A stretch of DNA of 64,000 bases, taken from positions 62,001 to 126,000 of the forward strand of contig JAQGDQ010000096.1 of NCBI GenBank assembly GCA_030141605.1. The letters run 5' to 3'. Both the position numbers and the translations under genes were made by a program. The stretch is from Tubiluchus corallicola. Lineage: Eukaryota > Animalia > Priapulida. How positions within the stretch are numbered: the first letter of the stretch is position 1; each line of letters opens with the position of its first letter. Shown one piece after another: positions 14,601 through 25,853 of this stretch. Under the pieces are notes generated by a model, which worked only from the letters and a program-made list of their open reading frames with translations, made no database searches and was not told where the DNA came from.

Positions 14601-17600
14601 CGTGGTTGAAGTGAGTACTCTATCAACTCAAATCTTGTCATGGTTGAAGTGAGTACACTATCAACTCAAATCTTGTCATGGTTGAAGTGAGTACACTGTC
14701 AACTCAAATCTTGTCGTGGTTGAAGTGAGTACACTATCAACTCAGTTTTCACGTCTCAAATCTTGTCATGGTTGAAGTGAGTACACTGTCAACTCAAATC
14801 TTGTCGTGGTTGAAGTGAGTACACTATCAACTCAAATCTTGTCATGGTTGAAGTGAGTACTCTATCAAATCTTGTCATGGTTGAAGTGAGTACACTATCA
14901 ACTCAAATCTTGTCATGGTTGAAGTGAGTACTCTATCAACTCAAATCTTGTCATGGTTGAAGTGAGTACTCTATCAACTCAAATCTTGTCACGGTTGAAG
15001 TGAGTACCAACTCAGTTTTCACGTCACAAATCTTGTCGTGGTTGAAGTGAGTACACTGTCAACTCAAATCTTGTCATGGTTGAAGTGAGTACACAATCAA
15101 CTCAAATCTTGTCATGGTTGCAGTGAGTACACTGTCAACTCAAATCTTGTCATGGTTGAAATGAGTACTCTATCAACTCAAATCTTGTCATGGTTGAAGT
15201 GTGTACTCTTATCAACTCAAATCTTGTCACAGTTGAAGTGAGTACCAACTCAGTTTTCACGTCACAAATCTTGTCGTGGTTGAAGTGACTACACTATCAA
15301 CTCAAATCTTGTCATGGTTGAAGTGAGTACACTATCAACTCAAATCTTGTCATGGTTGAAGTGAGTACACTATCAACTCAAATCTTGTCATGGTTGAAGT
15401 GAGTACACTATCAACTCAAATCTTGTCATGGTTGAAGTGAGTACTCTATCAACTCAAATCTTGTCACGGTTGAAGTGAGTACCAACTCAGTTTTCACGTC
15501 ACAAATCTTGTCGTGGTTGAAGTGAGTACACTGTCAACTCAAATCTTGTCATGGTTGAAGTGAGTACACTATCAACTCAAATCTTGTCATGGTTGAAGTG
15601 AGTCCACTGTCAACTCAAATCTTGTCATGGTTGAAGTGAGTGCACTATCAACTCAAATCTTGTCATGATTGAAGTGAGTACACTGTCAACTCAAATCTTG
15701 TCATGGTTGAAGTGAGTACATTATCAACTCAAATCTTGAAGAAGTGAGCGCACCGTCAACTCAAATCTTGTCGTGGTTGAAGTGAGTACTCTATCAACTC
15801 AAATCTTGTCATGGTTGAAGTGAGCGCACTGTCAACTCAAATCTTGTCATGGTTGAAGTGAGCACACTATCAACTGAAATATTGTCATGGTTGAAGTGAG
15901 CACTCTATCAACTCAAATCTTGCCATGGTTACAGTGAGTACTCTATCAACTCAAATCTTGTCGTGGTTGAAGTGAGTACACTGTCAGCTCAAATCTTGTC
16001 GTGGTTGAAGTGAGCACACTGTCAACTCAAATCTTGTCGTGGTTGAAGTGAGTACACTGTCAACTCAAATCTTGTCGTGGTTGAAGTGAGTACTCTATCA
16101 ACTCAAATCTTGTCGTGGTTGAAGTGAGTACTCTATCAACTCAAATCTTGTCATGGTTGAAGTGAGTACACTCAACTCAATCTTGTCATGGTGAAGTGAG
16201 ACACTCAACTCAAACCTAAGTGACACTTCACTCAAATCTTTTGGTTGAAGTGAGTACTCTATCAACTCAAATCTTGTCATGGTTGAAGTGAGTACTCTAT
16301 CAACTCAAATCTTGTCGTGGTTGAAGTGAGTACACTATCAACTCAAATCTTGTCATGGTTGAAGTGAGTACACTGTGAACTCAAATCTTGTCGTGGTTGA
16401 AGTGAGTAAACTATCAACTCAGTTTTCACGTCTCAAATCTTGTCATGGTTGAAGTGAGTACACTGTCAACTCAAATCTTGTCGTGGTTGAAGTGAGTACA
16501 CTGTCAACTCAAATCTTGTCATGGTTGAAGTGAGTACTCTATCAACTCAAATCTTGTCGTGGTTGAAGTGAGTACACTGTCAGCTCAAATCTTGTCGTGG
16601 TTGAAGTGAGTACTCTATCAACTCAAATCTTGTCATGGTTGAAGTGAGTACTCTATCAACTCAAATCTTGTCGTGGTTGAAGTGAGTACACTATCAACTC
16701 AAATCTTGTCATGGTTGAAGTGAGTACACTGTGAACTCAAATCTTGTCGTGGTTGAAGTGAGTAAACTATCAACTCAGTTTTCACGTCTCAAATCTTGTC
16801 ATGGTTGAAGTGAGTACACTGTCAACTCAAATCTTGTCGTGGTTGAAGTGAGTACACTGTCAACTCAAATCTTGTCGTAGTTGAAGTGAGCACTCTATCA
16901 ACTCAAATCTTGTCGTGGTTGAAGTGAGTACACTATCAACTCAAATCTTGTCGTGGTTGAAGTGAGTGCACTATCAACTCAAATCTTGTCGTTGTTGAAG
17001 TGAGCACTCTATCAACTCAAATCTTGTCATGGTTGAAGTGAGTGCACTATCAACTCAAATCTTGTCATGGTTGAAGTGAGTACACTATCAACTCAAATCT
17101 TGTCGTTGTTGAAGTGAGCACTCTATCAACTCAAATCTTGTCATGGTTGAAGTGAGTGCACTATCAACTCAAATCTTGTCATGGTTGAAGTGAGCACTCT
17201 ATCAACTCAAATCTTGTCATGGTTGAAGTGAGTACACTATCAACTCAAATCTTGTCGTGGTTGAAGTGAGCACTCTATCAACTCAAATCTTGTCGTGGTT
17301 GAAGTGAGTACACTATCAACTCAAATCTTGTCGTGGTTGAAGTGAGTGCACTATCAACTCAAATCTTGTCGTGGTTGAAGTGAGTGCACTATCAACTCAA
17401 ATCTTGTCGTGGTTGAAGTGAGTGCACTGTCAACTCAGTTTTCACGTCACACAGCATATTATCACATATCTTGTCTCTAAGTTCGTAAATGCAGCCTGCA
17501 AAGTTCATTTAAAGGGTATCAAATCCTGATGTTTTATCATTCTTTGTCAGTAAATGGTTTCACACATGTAATGTAATGTTACTAACACTGTTTACACATT

Positions 17601-20600
17601 TGTGACACCATCTGCTGAAGTTATTGTCCAACGAAAGAATATAGAATACCTTTAGCAACTGATGGGGCTTTGCAGATGACAAATTTATGTAACATCTATC
17701 ATCAGTGAACATCATCAGTTGGAATCAATGTTTAGTAATTAAATTAAAGAGTTGATCATCATATCAGACAAATAAAAACTAAAAATGATTGGTCTTAAAC
17801 GTTAAACTTTTCGTAAACCAGCCCAAAATTATTTATAAGATTTCGACAATTGTATGCTTAAAAATCATCCAGAACAGTGCACCATTTCGTAATAAATTGT
17901 TTACCAAAATATGATCAGAGGAGCAATATGATTTGTGAGCAAGTTTGTAATCACATAGTTCAGACAAGATCTCACTTCATTCACGACTAGTTCAGCCTCC
18001 CAACTTTTTAACTAAAATTTTAGCTGCAGCTAATTTTCATCCGTTTTTGTGTTATATTGGTCCCAGTATAATGAAGTAGGTTAGAATAATTTAGATATTT
18101 CCTTTAGCCCTTTTGACTAAACTTTAGTTTTTGGCTATCGGTTATATAGGGCTGCTAAACGTCTTGCAGGGTACTGAATTTTCACTTGCCTGCATTAGAA
18201 ACAGTAAAAAACGTTTGGTTCAGAATCGTTTGTGGCTTCTGAAGCCCTTTGCAGCAACACTTTTTTTAAATTTGCAAGTTTTCTACAAATAAGAATGAAA
18301 AATGTTGACTGATTTCAGTTGTAGATCATTATCCCGATGATACAACAACATACTTTTGCAAATTATTTAGCATGATGTCTTATCATCGATGTCCAGTCTA
18401 CATTCTTCATGATAACTAGCTTTTATATCACTGTCACCAGTTATATTTAGCAGAAAGATAACTAAAAAGTTGATTATGTATTATAGGCCATTCTTAGAAT
18501 CCTGATACCTTAAATAGGGATACATCCTGAACAGTGCTGACTTACAGACATCCTGTCTGTCTTCTCCCATTGGTCATTTATTGGATACATACAGATTAAG
18601 TTTAAAAATTTTACATTTAGAGCTGTTGACTTTGATGTTTAATCACTAAACTAAAATTAGCCAATGCCTTTTTTTCTCACTAACATTTGCTGGCACAGCT
18701 AACTGTTAGTATTATCCAATGTTTTACGGTTTTATAAACTGAATAACCATTGTCAAGTAAAGTTTATGTGCTAGAAGAAGACACTAATGTATTTTATGCA
18801 CCTGGAAAGGCTTTTTTGCAATATTCGCAAGCATTTTCAGCACACATAAATTTTATGGTTTATAGTTTTTCATAGGGCAATAGTACCCAAAATTTGAATG
18901 AATTTTTTTCAACATGTTAAATAATTGAATAATTGGAACTGGAAACAGTTTCCGTTCTTTTATTGAATAATGTTGGGGTTTTTTTTCTGAAACTTTATTT
19001 TAGCTCCCTTTGAAATATAGATGGTAGCTTTAGATGCCCCACTATTATGATCGATTAATGAAAATCATTAATATTTACTGCACACTCATTACTAGATGCT
19101 TTTTGAGACAAGCACCCTCACTGGAAACGAATTTGCTATAAAAGTACTGTATTTGTACAGGTAATATCTGTAGAAGTAGAATCGACTGTTTAAAAGTGTT
19201 GCTCCTGCTTTGCTCCTGAAGTGAGTGTTGTGAAAAGAATTTCATGGAGAAATCCAACGTGATTTTAACGTCAAAAAATTTGTATATATCAGTACTTCAT
19301 TTCTCCCAAAAATTTCACAACAGTTGCAATGAGTTGCGCATTTTATTATTAGAATCAATAATTATGGTTGTTATTATTTAAACGTTAAACTTGCTTCTGT
19401 TTTAGTGTTTCAGTTGGCAATGATGCAACAGTGCCTGTAGACACATCCGATGCAGGTAAATGTTATACATATCTTCATTTTTTATGATTACTTTATACTA
19501 GGACAGGAATCTCATATAAAACTGCAGGTGGTAAATTGTTAACTTTTGTTGAAACAAGTTGGCTGTTATCTATAATTGTAAGTGAGCTTAATATTTGGCA
19601 TTTTGCAAACAAATGAATAAAAATGGCTAGCAATGTTTAAATATGCACTCAAACATTCATGACAACCACTAAAATTTGTGTGATTTTAAATTAATTCAAG
19701 GCATACATAAGATTTACGAGTCCAAAGTTCCGCAGCTGTGTTTATTATTAACAGTATCACCATTCATAAATTTGAATTGTGTTGAAAGAGACTTTACATG
19801 ATACCAATTGTGAGAAATTGTTGTTAAATCTGAAGTTGATCAATTTTTGTTTCAGCTGCTACAAGAGAAGCTAGATTGCGTCGTATATCCATGGAAAAAA
19901 TGGACTTGGTCAGTATGTCTCCAAATGTAAAGGTACTTTTCTGTTGTTTCTATAATGTTTGTACCTGAACTGCCCAGGGCGCCAAATTTTGGAAGGTGCC
20001 AAATTTGCAAGAAATTCTTTAATTTTTAAGTTTAGCCTAAGTAATAACATAGCTCATGTATAATTGCTTAAGCACACAACACTTTAATTAATTGAAATGA
20101 ACTCGCACTTACATTATTTTTGTATGAAGATAAACCGACCAGATAAATCAAAGCCTTCAGGACTGTAATATAAGAAATGAAAATTAAAAAGGCTGGTGGA
20201 CATGGAGGAACAAAACAATTTGCTAATGAAGTATTTACAATCGTACCAGATGATGAAACTAGATGTATGTGAAAAAGTGGAGTCGGTGTTTCAAGAATTT
20301 TCTAATAAAAAGGTTGAGTGAAAATCTAGTCAAGTGTGCAGCAGAAATTGCAAAAAACCCTTGACATACACAGGGGTCATAAATTCAATTTCAGATGAAA
20401 TCAGCTGTAGATAGGTAATTAACTACAGTTAATTAGTATGCTATAATACATGTATGAGCCTAACACACGGGTACCATTTTTTTACCTTTTTTATATACCA
20501 CAAAAATTTGGTTTTGTGATGGGTGCATGGGAACCATGGAAAAAAGGCTGACTGTTGAAAAAGGGGCACTAAAACATTTTTTATCTCCAGTATTTAATTA

Positions 20601-23600
20601 CGTAGAACCAGCCCTGAACTACTACTAAGTTCACAACTACTAATGTATGTCACCCAGTATATAGCAATCTCAGTGTCATGTTCATTTGCCACATGTTGGA
20701 AAGCAGCTTGTTTTCAAGAATTTTGCCTCTTAGTCCTGTCAACTTCTGTCTGTCATGTAAACAAATTGCAATAAAATTGTTTTCGCTTGTACTTGGTCTA
20801 CTCTAACATACTAAAAAACTTCCACACGCATGTTGGGGGAAACCTGCAGAAAACTGTGCTAACTCTTGGCCATTACCCAAAAAATTGTAAATTTTATTAT
20901 AGCTCAGGAAAATGTGTGTAAAGGATTCTAAACTGCGAATACATCTATATTTTTGTCGAAGGAAACAGAGGTGGTATTTCTAAGATTACCAAAAATATCT
21001 CTAAATCCTAAAATTGGAAAATATGTTAGCCATTAGCAAAAAGAGGTTTGGCACTGTAATTGGGTAATAAAGTGTCTAAATGCAGCTAAGGTTATATCCA
21101 TATCTATATTTTTAAGGTGAGAGAATGTGATGAGCATGTTTTTCTATAAGTAATCAATTTCAAAGGCTTGTTTTATTACAGCAGTTGTCAGTACTGTAAT
21201 ACCTTTAGTAAATGCCTACATTACTTACTCATTATTAAAAACACTTTTAAGTTTTTTGATTTCTTTATTTAGTAACTGCAATGTTTGTGTAGAGTTAGAA
21301 ACTTATTATTGGTAAACTTACCTTTGGACAGAATTTTCCATTAACAGAAATCTTCTATGACTAACTCACACATGTTTGTGAACGTGAAATTGAAATTCTA
21401 TGCTGCTGCATGAACTAACAATGAACGTTAAACCTCTTCAAGTTAAAGTTTATCGCTACTAGAGTAATTCATGATGTCATGAGGTTTATATTGTGCTAGC
21501 CTGTAGCAGTGCCTATTTTTTGTGCAATGCTTTTCCAAGAAGCAGTGCTGCTGGTCCATCTAAATATATATGACTGTGAATCCACTTTAATAAGTAACTA
21601 ACAGACTCTTTCATACAAAAGCCTCTCACTGTTTTGCTTCACAGTTTTTCAGCCTGTAGGTTATTTTGAGTTATGATCTAAATGACCTTTTTTAATTGAT
21701 GTATTTACCTGCATTAGCTGCTGTAGGTTCATATTTAATTGTAATGGTATATTTGAACAGGCTAATAACCTTGCTATGCAGTCAGTAGTAGAAATCCCAG
21801 GTGACAGTGCCTCTGTGGAACAAAGCAGGCAAAGAAAGGTAAGGCAGGAATTTATTCTAGCATCTTTATCTGTAATCACTGGTGTCATATGTAATAGATG
21901 AGAATAAGCTGTGCAGTTTGTGGTAAATCTTTACATAATGTGAGGGGTTAGATGTTTCAACATGCTTTGTGTTTTTCTTAAAAATGCCTTTTTGTGTCCA
22001 ATCCAATCCAATAGTGTTTTCTCCAAGAGTGTGAGAGCAAAATGGCACAAATTTAGCAAATTATCTGCATTTTTTTCGTTTTCTTATTGATAGTAGCAAA
22101 ATTGTAACAAATGTTTAGTTCACACATAATTTTCAGTGCACATTACAATCATGTTTATACTTATAGTTTGACAAGGGTAAGGATGTCACATTCGTCCTGT
22201 TTTAATACGGGCTATGCTGCTATAATGTGAAGCTAGTTCACAAGAGTACTGTTTGCTTGAGTCATTGCTTCGTTGTTTTACTAAACATTGTCTATTGAGT
22301 AATGAGTTCACAGGCATTCAGTTCCAAGAACTTCATGCTAAACTAGATTGTAACTAGATGGGAGGTCAATCTTAATGCTATGAGCTTTATATTAACTGTT
22401 CTAGCATTAGGATTGGCTCCGTCATTTGGTTGCTGTTTCATCAGTCAGCCGTTGTTAATGAGATGATAACAAATTTATGCAAATGTTTTCTGTTTTGTTT
22501 TTTCTTAGTGGTCTGACAGTGCAAACAGATGAAAATAGGAATAAAAAAAATTATTTAGCAGTCAATGCCAGTCGTGCGAGGTTTCTTGTTTGTGTTTAAT
22601 CTGAAGTCATAATTTTGCTGTTAAGGCACGAAAAAATTTCACTTGTATAGTATTCCGAAATAGATTCAAGTTAGGTCTAAAGGGGGGGGGGGGCAAGCTT
22701 TACCTGAAACAGTTTAAACGACGTGAAGAAAGCTTTACATAAAGATTAGTAGTAACATTTTTTTCCATAAAGAATTCTTGGTATTTCGTCAGTCAGTGTT
22801 TGTATTTTGCAGCTGTCATCACAGCAGAAGATTTCACCTGATATGCTAGATGAAGAAGGCCTTTTTGAAATCATCAGCAGAATGCAAGAGAAAAGAATGA
22901 ATGATCAAAGATGCTCATTTGACTTGGTGGTAAATCATGTAAAAAAACCTATTTTACTAGGATCCTTAAGTTGATTTGGGAATTAAATCAATAATGATTT
23001 ATTAGAATGTGTATTATTTGTTTTTATGTAACTTTAGTGTAGAAAAAATAAGTAATTAAAGGCTAAAAATAATTTTTTATAGAACCAAGCATCAACAAAT
23101 GGTATTCCACTTGGAGCGGGTGCCATAGGCAACCATACTGCTGCACTACCACGTAAGTCATGTAACTTACAGTCTGTTACTGTGTATAGAATGACTTGAT
23201 TATCTGACATTTGTGGCGTAAAACTGAACTATTGTAGTTTTTGCCAAGCAGCACTAAATGGGTCTGTACACAAAAAATATTTCTCTTGTTTTGGTTCAAT
23301 GTGCAGTGAATTCTTAGATTTACAGAATTCATCTTTTGTTGCTTTTTTATTTTTATGCCGTTTGGCTAGTACAGTCAGAATACTACAAATGCCAGACCTT
23401 TAAGAATGCATTGAATATGCTATAAACCTCACTTTTCCAAGGTGCTGTGAAGCTTTAATAACGAACCCATGACTAATAAGAGCATGCTAGCTATGGAATT
23501 AAAAGAGCAAAGCCATGCTGCACATCAGAGTGTAGATTAATATTCAGTACATGGTAAATACCAGTTTAGATCGGTTTAAAGAGTTTGCTAATGATTATAG

Positions 23601-25853
23601 AGGGCTAATAGGTGGTAACTTGATGGTTGACCTGATCAGGTAAAAGTTGAGTAGACCAAGTAGAGTTGAAAGCAAATTCATTGCATTTGTTATATATATT
23701 TTTGTGCTAGACTCATATTATAGGCAAAAACTGGCACGATTATAGCAAAATCCATTTATTGGCAGAATTGCTTAAAATTTTTGTAATTTGCTTAGCTATT
23801 TAGCTATTGGACAATTTTTAGTACCATGGGGTGAATGATAAATAAAATAAAATAGAAGTTTGGAACAAAGCTGCAAATTAATTAGACATAAATTTCAGTG
23901 TGAAAATTATAATCAAGGTTTACGACTATTTTAAAAAAAAGTTGGTTTTGCAGTTCAGCTTAGTTAAAGTCATCATTGACACGCATGTAACTAAATGAGA
24001 CTGTTGATCTGCCTGATCTGTGGTCAATCCTGCAGTCTCTTTCTCCTTGGAAGTCAGTTAACCCTATTTTATCACTAGCATTATTTTAGCGAAATGTGTA
24101 ATTCATATTTATCGTTGGTTGACAAGCAGTGACAGTTTGCTTGGACTAGTGGCTTTCTGCTATCTTTTCATAGTTTTATAAAGGTTTTGTAATGTAGCGT
24201 CCTAGGTGCACATCTGGTGCTTTCCTATATATTCAATTTTTTATGCAAGTCTCTTATCTGTGGAATCTGTACCAGAAACTCTTTTAACGTATCTAGCATT
24301 TTGTTAACAGAGACTGAAGAACAGAAGCAAGCCTTGATGGACATGATAGCTGGCTTTCAGTCAAACCGATTAAACGATCAACGAGCAACTTTACCTGTGC
24401 TACCTGGTCTACAAGTAAATGATGAGGCTGTAATTGGCCAGCTTCTGGCACATAGTAACCAGGAAGGCAAATCTGGCATTGATCTTGAAGATAGTTTTTT
24501 AGAGATGCTAATGCGCTGTCAGGTATGTTTATTCTACTTCTTTACTAGCAGAAACTAGTTACAGTTTCTTTATCTTACATTAGTTCTAGGCATTTAAAGT
24601 CAAACATTACAAGTCTAAGCTTTACAGATCTCTCTTACAGCAATAGGCATTAGGGGTGAGCATCAAATGTCCGAACGAGTTTCTTTAGTTCGAATTCGGT
24701 TGGAACCGAAAACTATAGATTCAAATAATTCAGCACTTCAGCCATGTATGGTCTTTATCATTAAAATGCTTTAAACAGTGTGCAATTAGTACACTTTAGC
24801 TGCAATTTCTGTGCAAAATTTTTAATAGCCTAATAGCGTTTTTTTTCTGCAGAACAAAATCAAATACTAAGCATGATTTTTGTAAGTCCACTTTTCACTT
24901 GTTCAAATTCGATTCGGATTCGAAATGCTGGAATTCAGTTGGATTCGAATTCGAAAGTCACAAATTCGATTCAATTCAAATTCACTTTCTGGTAGAGAAC
25001 GCTCATCACTAATAGGCATAAAACATTTTTCTATTTTTTTGCACAGTTTCAATTAAAATACTAAAAACCTGTTTATGGCTTGCAAATAAAAGTATTTTAA
25101 AAAATAAATAGCTTTAATTGTGAAGGAAACTACAAATGCTCTTACTAGCAATGACATAATAACTAGTTTATTTTTATTCTAGCATTTCGATGGCAGAAAT
25201 TCATCATCGTCGAAGTTGTAAAATCTGTAGACAAAAACAAAATTTTTATCAATCAAACATATGAAATTATTTGCAAAATAACGATAGACTTTTGTTAACA
25301 AATTAATTCAATTTTGAACAGTTACCATGCATAACTAAAGGATAGCTCAAAGCGCAAAAAGTGTGATTGAACATTTTCCATTTTTAAAAGCCATTATTGT
25401 AACCGAAACATTGTGTTCTTTAATTTTTTATGAAATGTTTCATTATTGTTTTGCCTATTAATTTTTCCAAGTATGAAAGTGTGGAAAATGCGAATGATGT
25501 AATGAGTACGACGTAAGTTCCTAGTAAGTTAATAAGGGAAGCATTCATTGTGATTATAACTGAAGTCTTTAAATATTGCTGTGACTGAGGATGTTTGTTT
25601 CGTTATGTAGGCAACAAGATTGGAAGATCAGCGAAGTTCTTTGCCACTTCTGCAAGGTCCACCTGCACCAACCGTGCCTGATGAAGATTTTTATAATCTC
25701 ATTATGCGCATGCAGTCTTCGCGTTTAAATGACCAACGGAGTAACCTGCCAGAAAGCGGTGACGCTGATTCGGCTCAGCAGGAAACGTCGTCCCGTTCCA
25801 TGTTGTCATCTCTACGAAGAGATAGTAAAAAATCGTCAAAAAAGAAGAAATAG
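3021..25853 (+). CDS. GPSM2: G-protein signaling modulator (GPSM1/2; AGS3/LGN/Pins family), 5'-partial spliced gene
   Basis: 13 phase-compatible GT-AG exons: 3021-3163, 4605-4728, 5132-5247, 6276-6408, 6784-6915, 14000-14073, 19406-19455, 19856-19932, 21761-21838, 22813-22929, 23083-23152, 24311-24522, 25611-25853 (1569 nt, stop TAG). Pins-type TPRs (VGEGRALYNLGNVYHAKGK), RRISMEKM linker, four GoLoco motifs ending DQR. N-terminal exons not found in the window. Likely co-ortholog of vertebrate GPSM1 and GPSM2. Confidence 0.95.
4155..4261. mobile_element. Palindromic mini-element (PIF/Harbinger-like MITE)
   Basis: 28-bp arms TTTCACAAAGCCGTCACTAACTTAACGA / TCGTTAACTTAGTGACAGCTTTGTGAAA with 2 mismatches; superfamily call from terminal motif only. 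Confidence 0.55.
4605..4728 (+). CDS. GPSM2: GPSM exon (TPR)
   Basis: tttcag|ANLKIVEEVGDRGAQGRACGNLGNTHYLLGNFTQAIHYHEE|gtactc. Confidence 0.95.
5132..5247 (+). CDS. GPSM2: GPSM exon (TPR)
   Basis: tttcag|RLKIAKEFGDKAAERRAYSNLGNSHVFLGEFEVAADHYL|gtaagt. Confidence 0.95.
6276..6408 (+). CDS. GPSM2: GPSM exon (TPR)
   Basis: atgcag|RTLQIARDIGDRAVEAQACYSLGNTYTLLRDYEKAIYYHNLHLQ|gtatat. Confidence 0.95.
6784..6915 (+). CDS. GPSM2: GPSM exon (TPR)
   Basis: ttacag|IAQELGDRVGEGRACWSLGNAYTALGDHEKALEYATKHLHISKE|gtatca. Confidence 0.95.
9082..9400. mobile_element. hAT (Charlie-like) MITE
   Basis: TIRs CAGGAGTGTCCAAC / GTTGGACACCCCTG, perfect 8-bp TSD GTATAAAT (9074-9081, 9401-9408), subterminal GGCCCGCG repeats. 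Confidence 0.92.
9894..10387. repeat. 54-bp tandem repeat, about 9 copies
   Basis: Unit AAAAGTTCAGTGAAGCTAGAGGTAAACATTTATCTTTAAAGTGAAACAATTGTC, nearly identical copies. Confidence 0.97.
11588..11630. repeat. (GT)n/(GCGT)n compound microsatellite
   Basis: Directly visible. Confidence 0.95.
14000..14073 (+). CDS. GPSM2: GPSM exon (end of TPR domain)
   Basis: ttatag|VGDYSGEETAKSNVNDLQSALGIN|gtattc; resembles the VGDxSGExTA segment of LGN/AGS3. Confidence 0.9.
14361..17449. repeat. 38-bp minisatellite, about 80 copies, with higher-order structure
   Basis: Unit CAAATCTTGTCRTGGTTGAAGTGAGTACWCTRTCAACT with interspersed 14-bp insert CAGTTTTCACGTCW. Confidence 0.98.
19406..19455 (+). CDS. GPSM2: GPSM linker exon
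   Basis: ttttag|VSVGNDATVPVDTSDA|gtaaat; phase 2 to phase 1, needed to join its neighbours. Confidence 0.75.
19856..19932 (+). CDS. GPSM2: GPSM linker exon with conserved phospho-site
   Basis: tttcag|ATREARLRRISMEKMDLVSMSPNVK|gtactt; RRxSME motif of LGN/Pins. Confidence 0.92.
21761..21838 (+). CDS. GPSM2: GPSM linker exon
   Basis: gaacag|ANNLAMQSVVEIPGDSASVEQSRQRK|gtaagg; open, phase 0-0, strong donor. Confidence 0.7.
22813..22929 (+). CDS. GPSM2: GPSM exon, GoLoco 1
   Basis: ttgcag|LSSQQKISPDMLDEEGLFEIISRMQEKRMNDQRCSFDLV|gtaaat. Confidence 0.9.
23083..23152 (+). CDS. GPSM2: GPSM exon (inter-GoLoco)
   Basis: ttatag|NQASTNGIPLGAGAIGNHTAALP|gtaagt; phase 0 to 1, needed to join the next exon. 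Confidence 0.8.
24311..24522 (+). CDS. GPSM2: GPSM exon, GoLoco 2 and first half of GoLoco 3
   Basis: taacag|TEEQKQALMDMIAGFQSNRLNDQRATLPVLPGL...EDSFLEMLMRCQ|gtatgt. Confidence 0.95.
24651..25011. mobile_element. hAT-like MITE
   Basis: TIRs TAGGGGTGAGC / GCTCATCACTA, perfect 8-bp TSD ATAGGCAT (24643-24650, 25012-25019), subterminal ATTCG repeats. Confidence 0.9.
25611..25853 (+). CDS. GPSM2: GPSM terminal exon, end of GoLoco 3 and GoLoco 4
   Basis: atgtag|ATRLEDQRSSLP...PTVPDEDFYNLIMRMQSSRLNDQR...KKSSKKKK stop. Confidence 0.95.
   Translation, partial: ATRLEDQRSSLPLLQGPPAPTVPDEDFYNLIMRMQSSRLNDQRSNLPESGDADSAQQETSSRSMLSSLRRDSKKSSKKKK

Noticed and set aside
14361-17449. CRISPR array (palindromic repeats of CRISPR-like length)
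   Set aside because: No unique spacers, no cas genes, located in a spliceosomal intron; it is a tandem minisatellite.
17640-17990. LINE relic (GFADD, KIIQNSA fragments); similar hints near 12000-12250 and 13060-13200
   Set aside because: Motifs too short and degenerate to call without an alignment.
14074-19405. U12-type intron (donor GTATTCTT)
   Set aside because: Mismatch to GTATCCTT at an essential position and no TCCTTAAC branch point near the acceptor.
19975-20615. hAT-like element with CAGGGC / GCCCTG ends
   Set aside because: TIR match is only 6 bp and no TSD was found.
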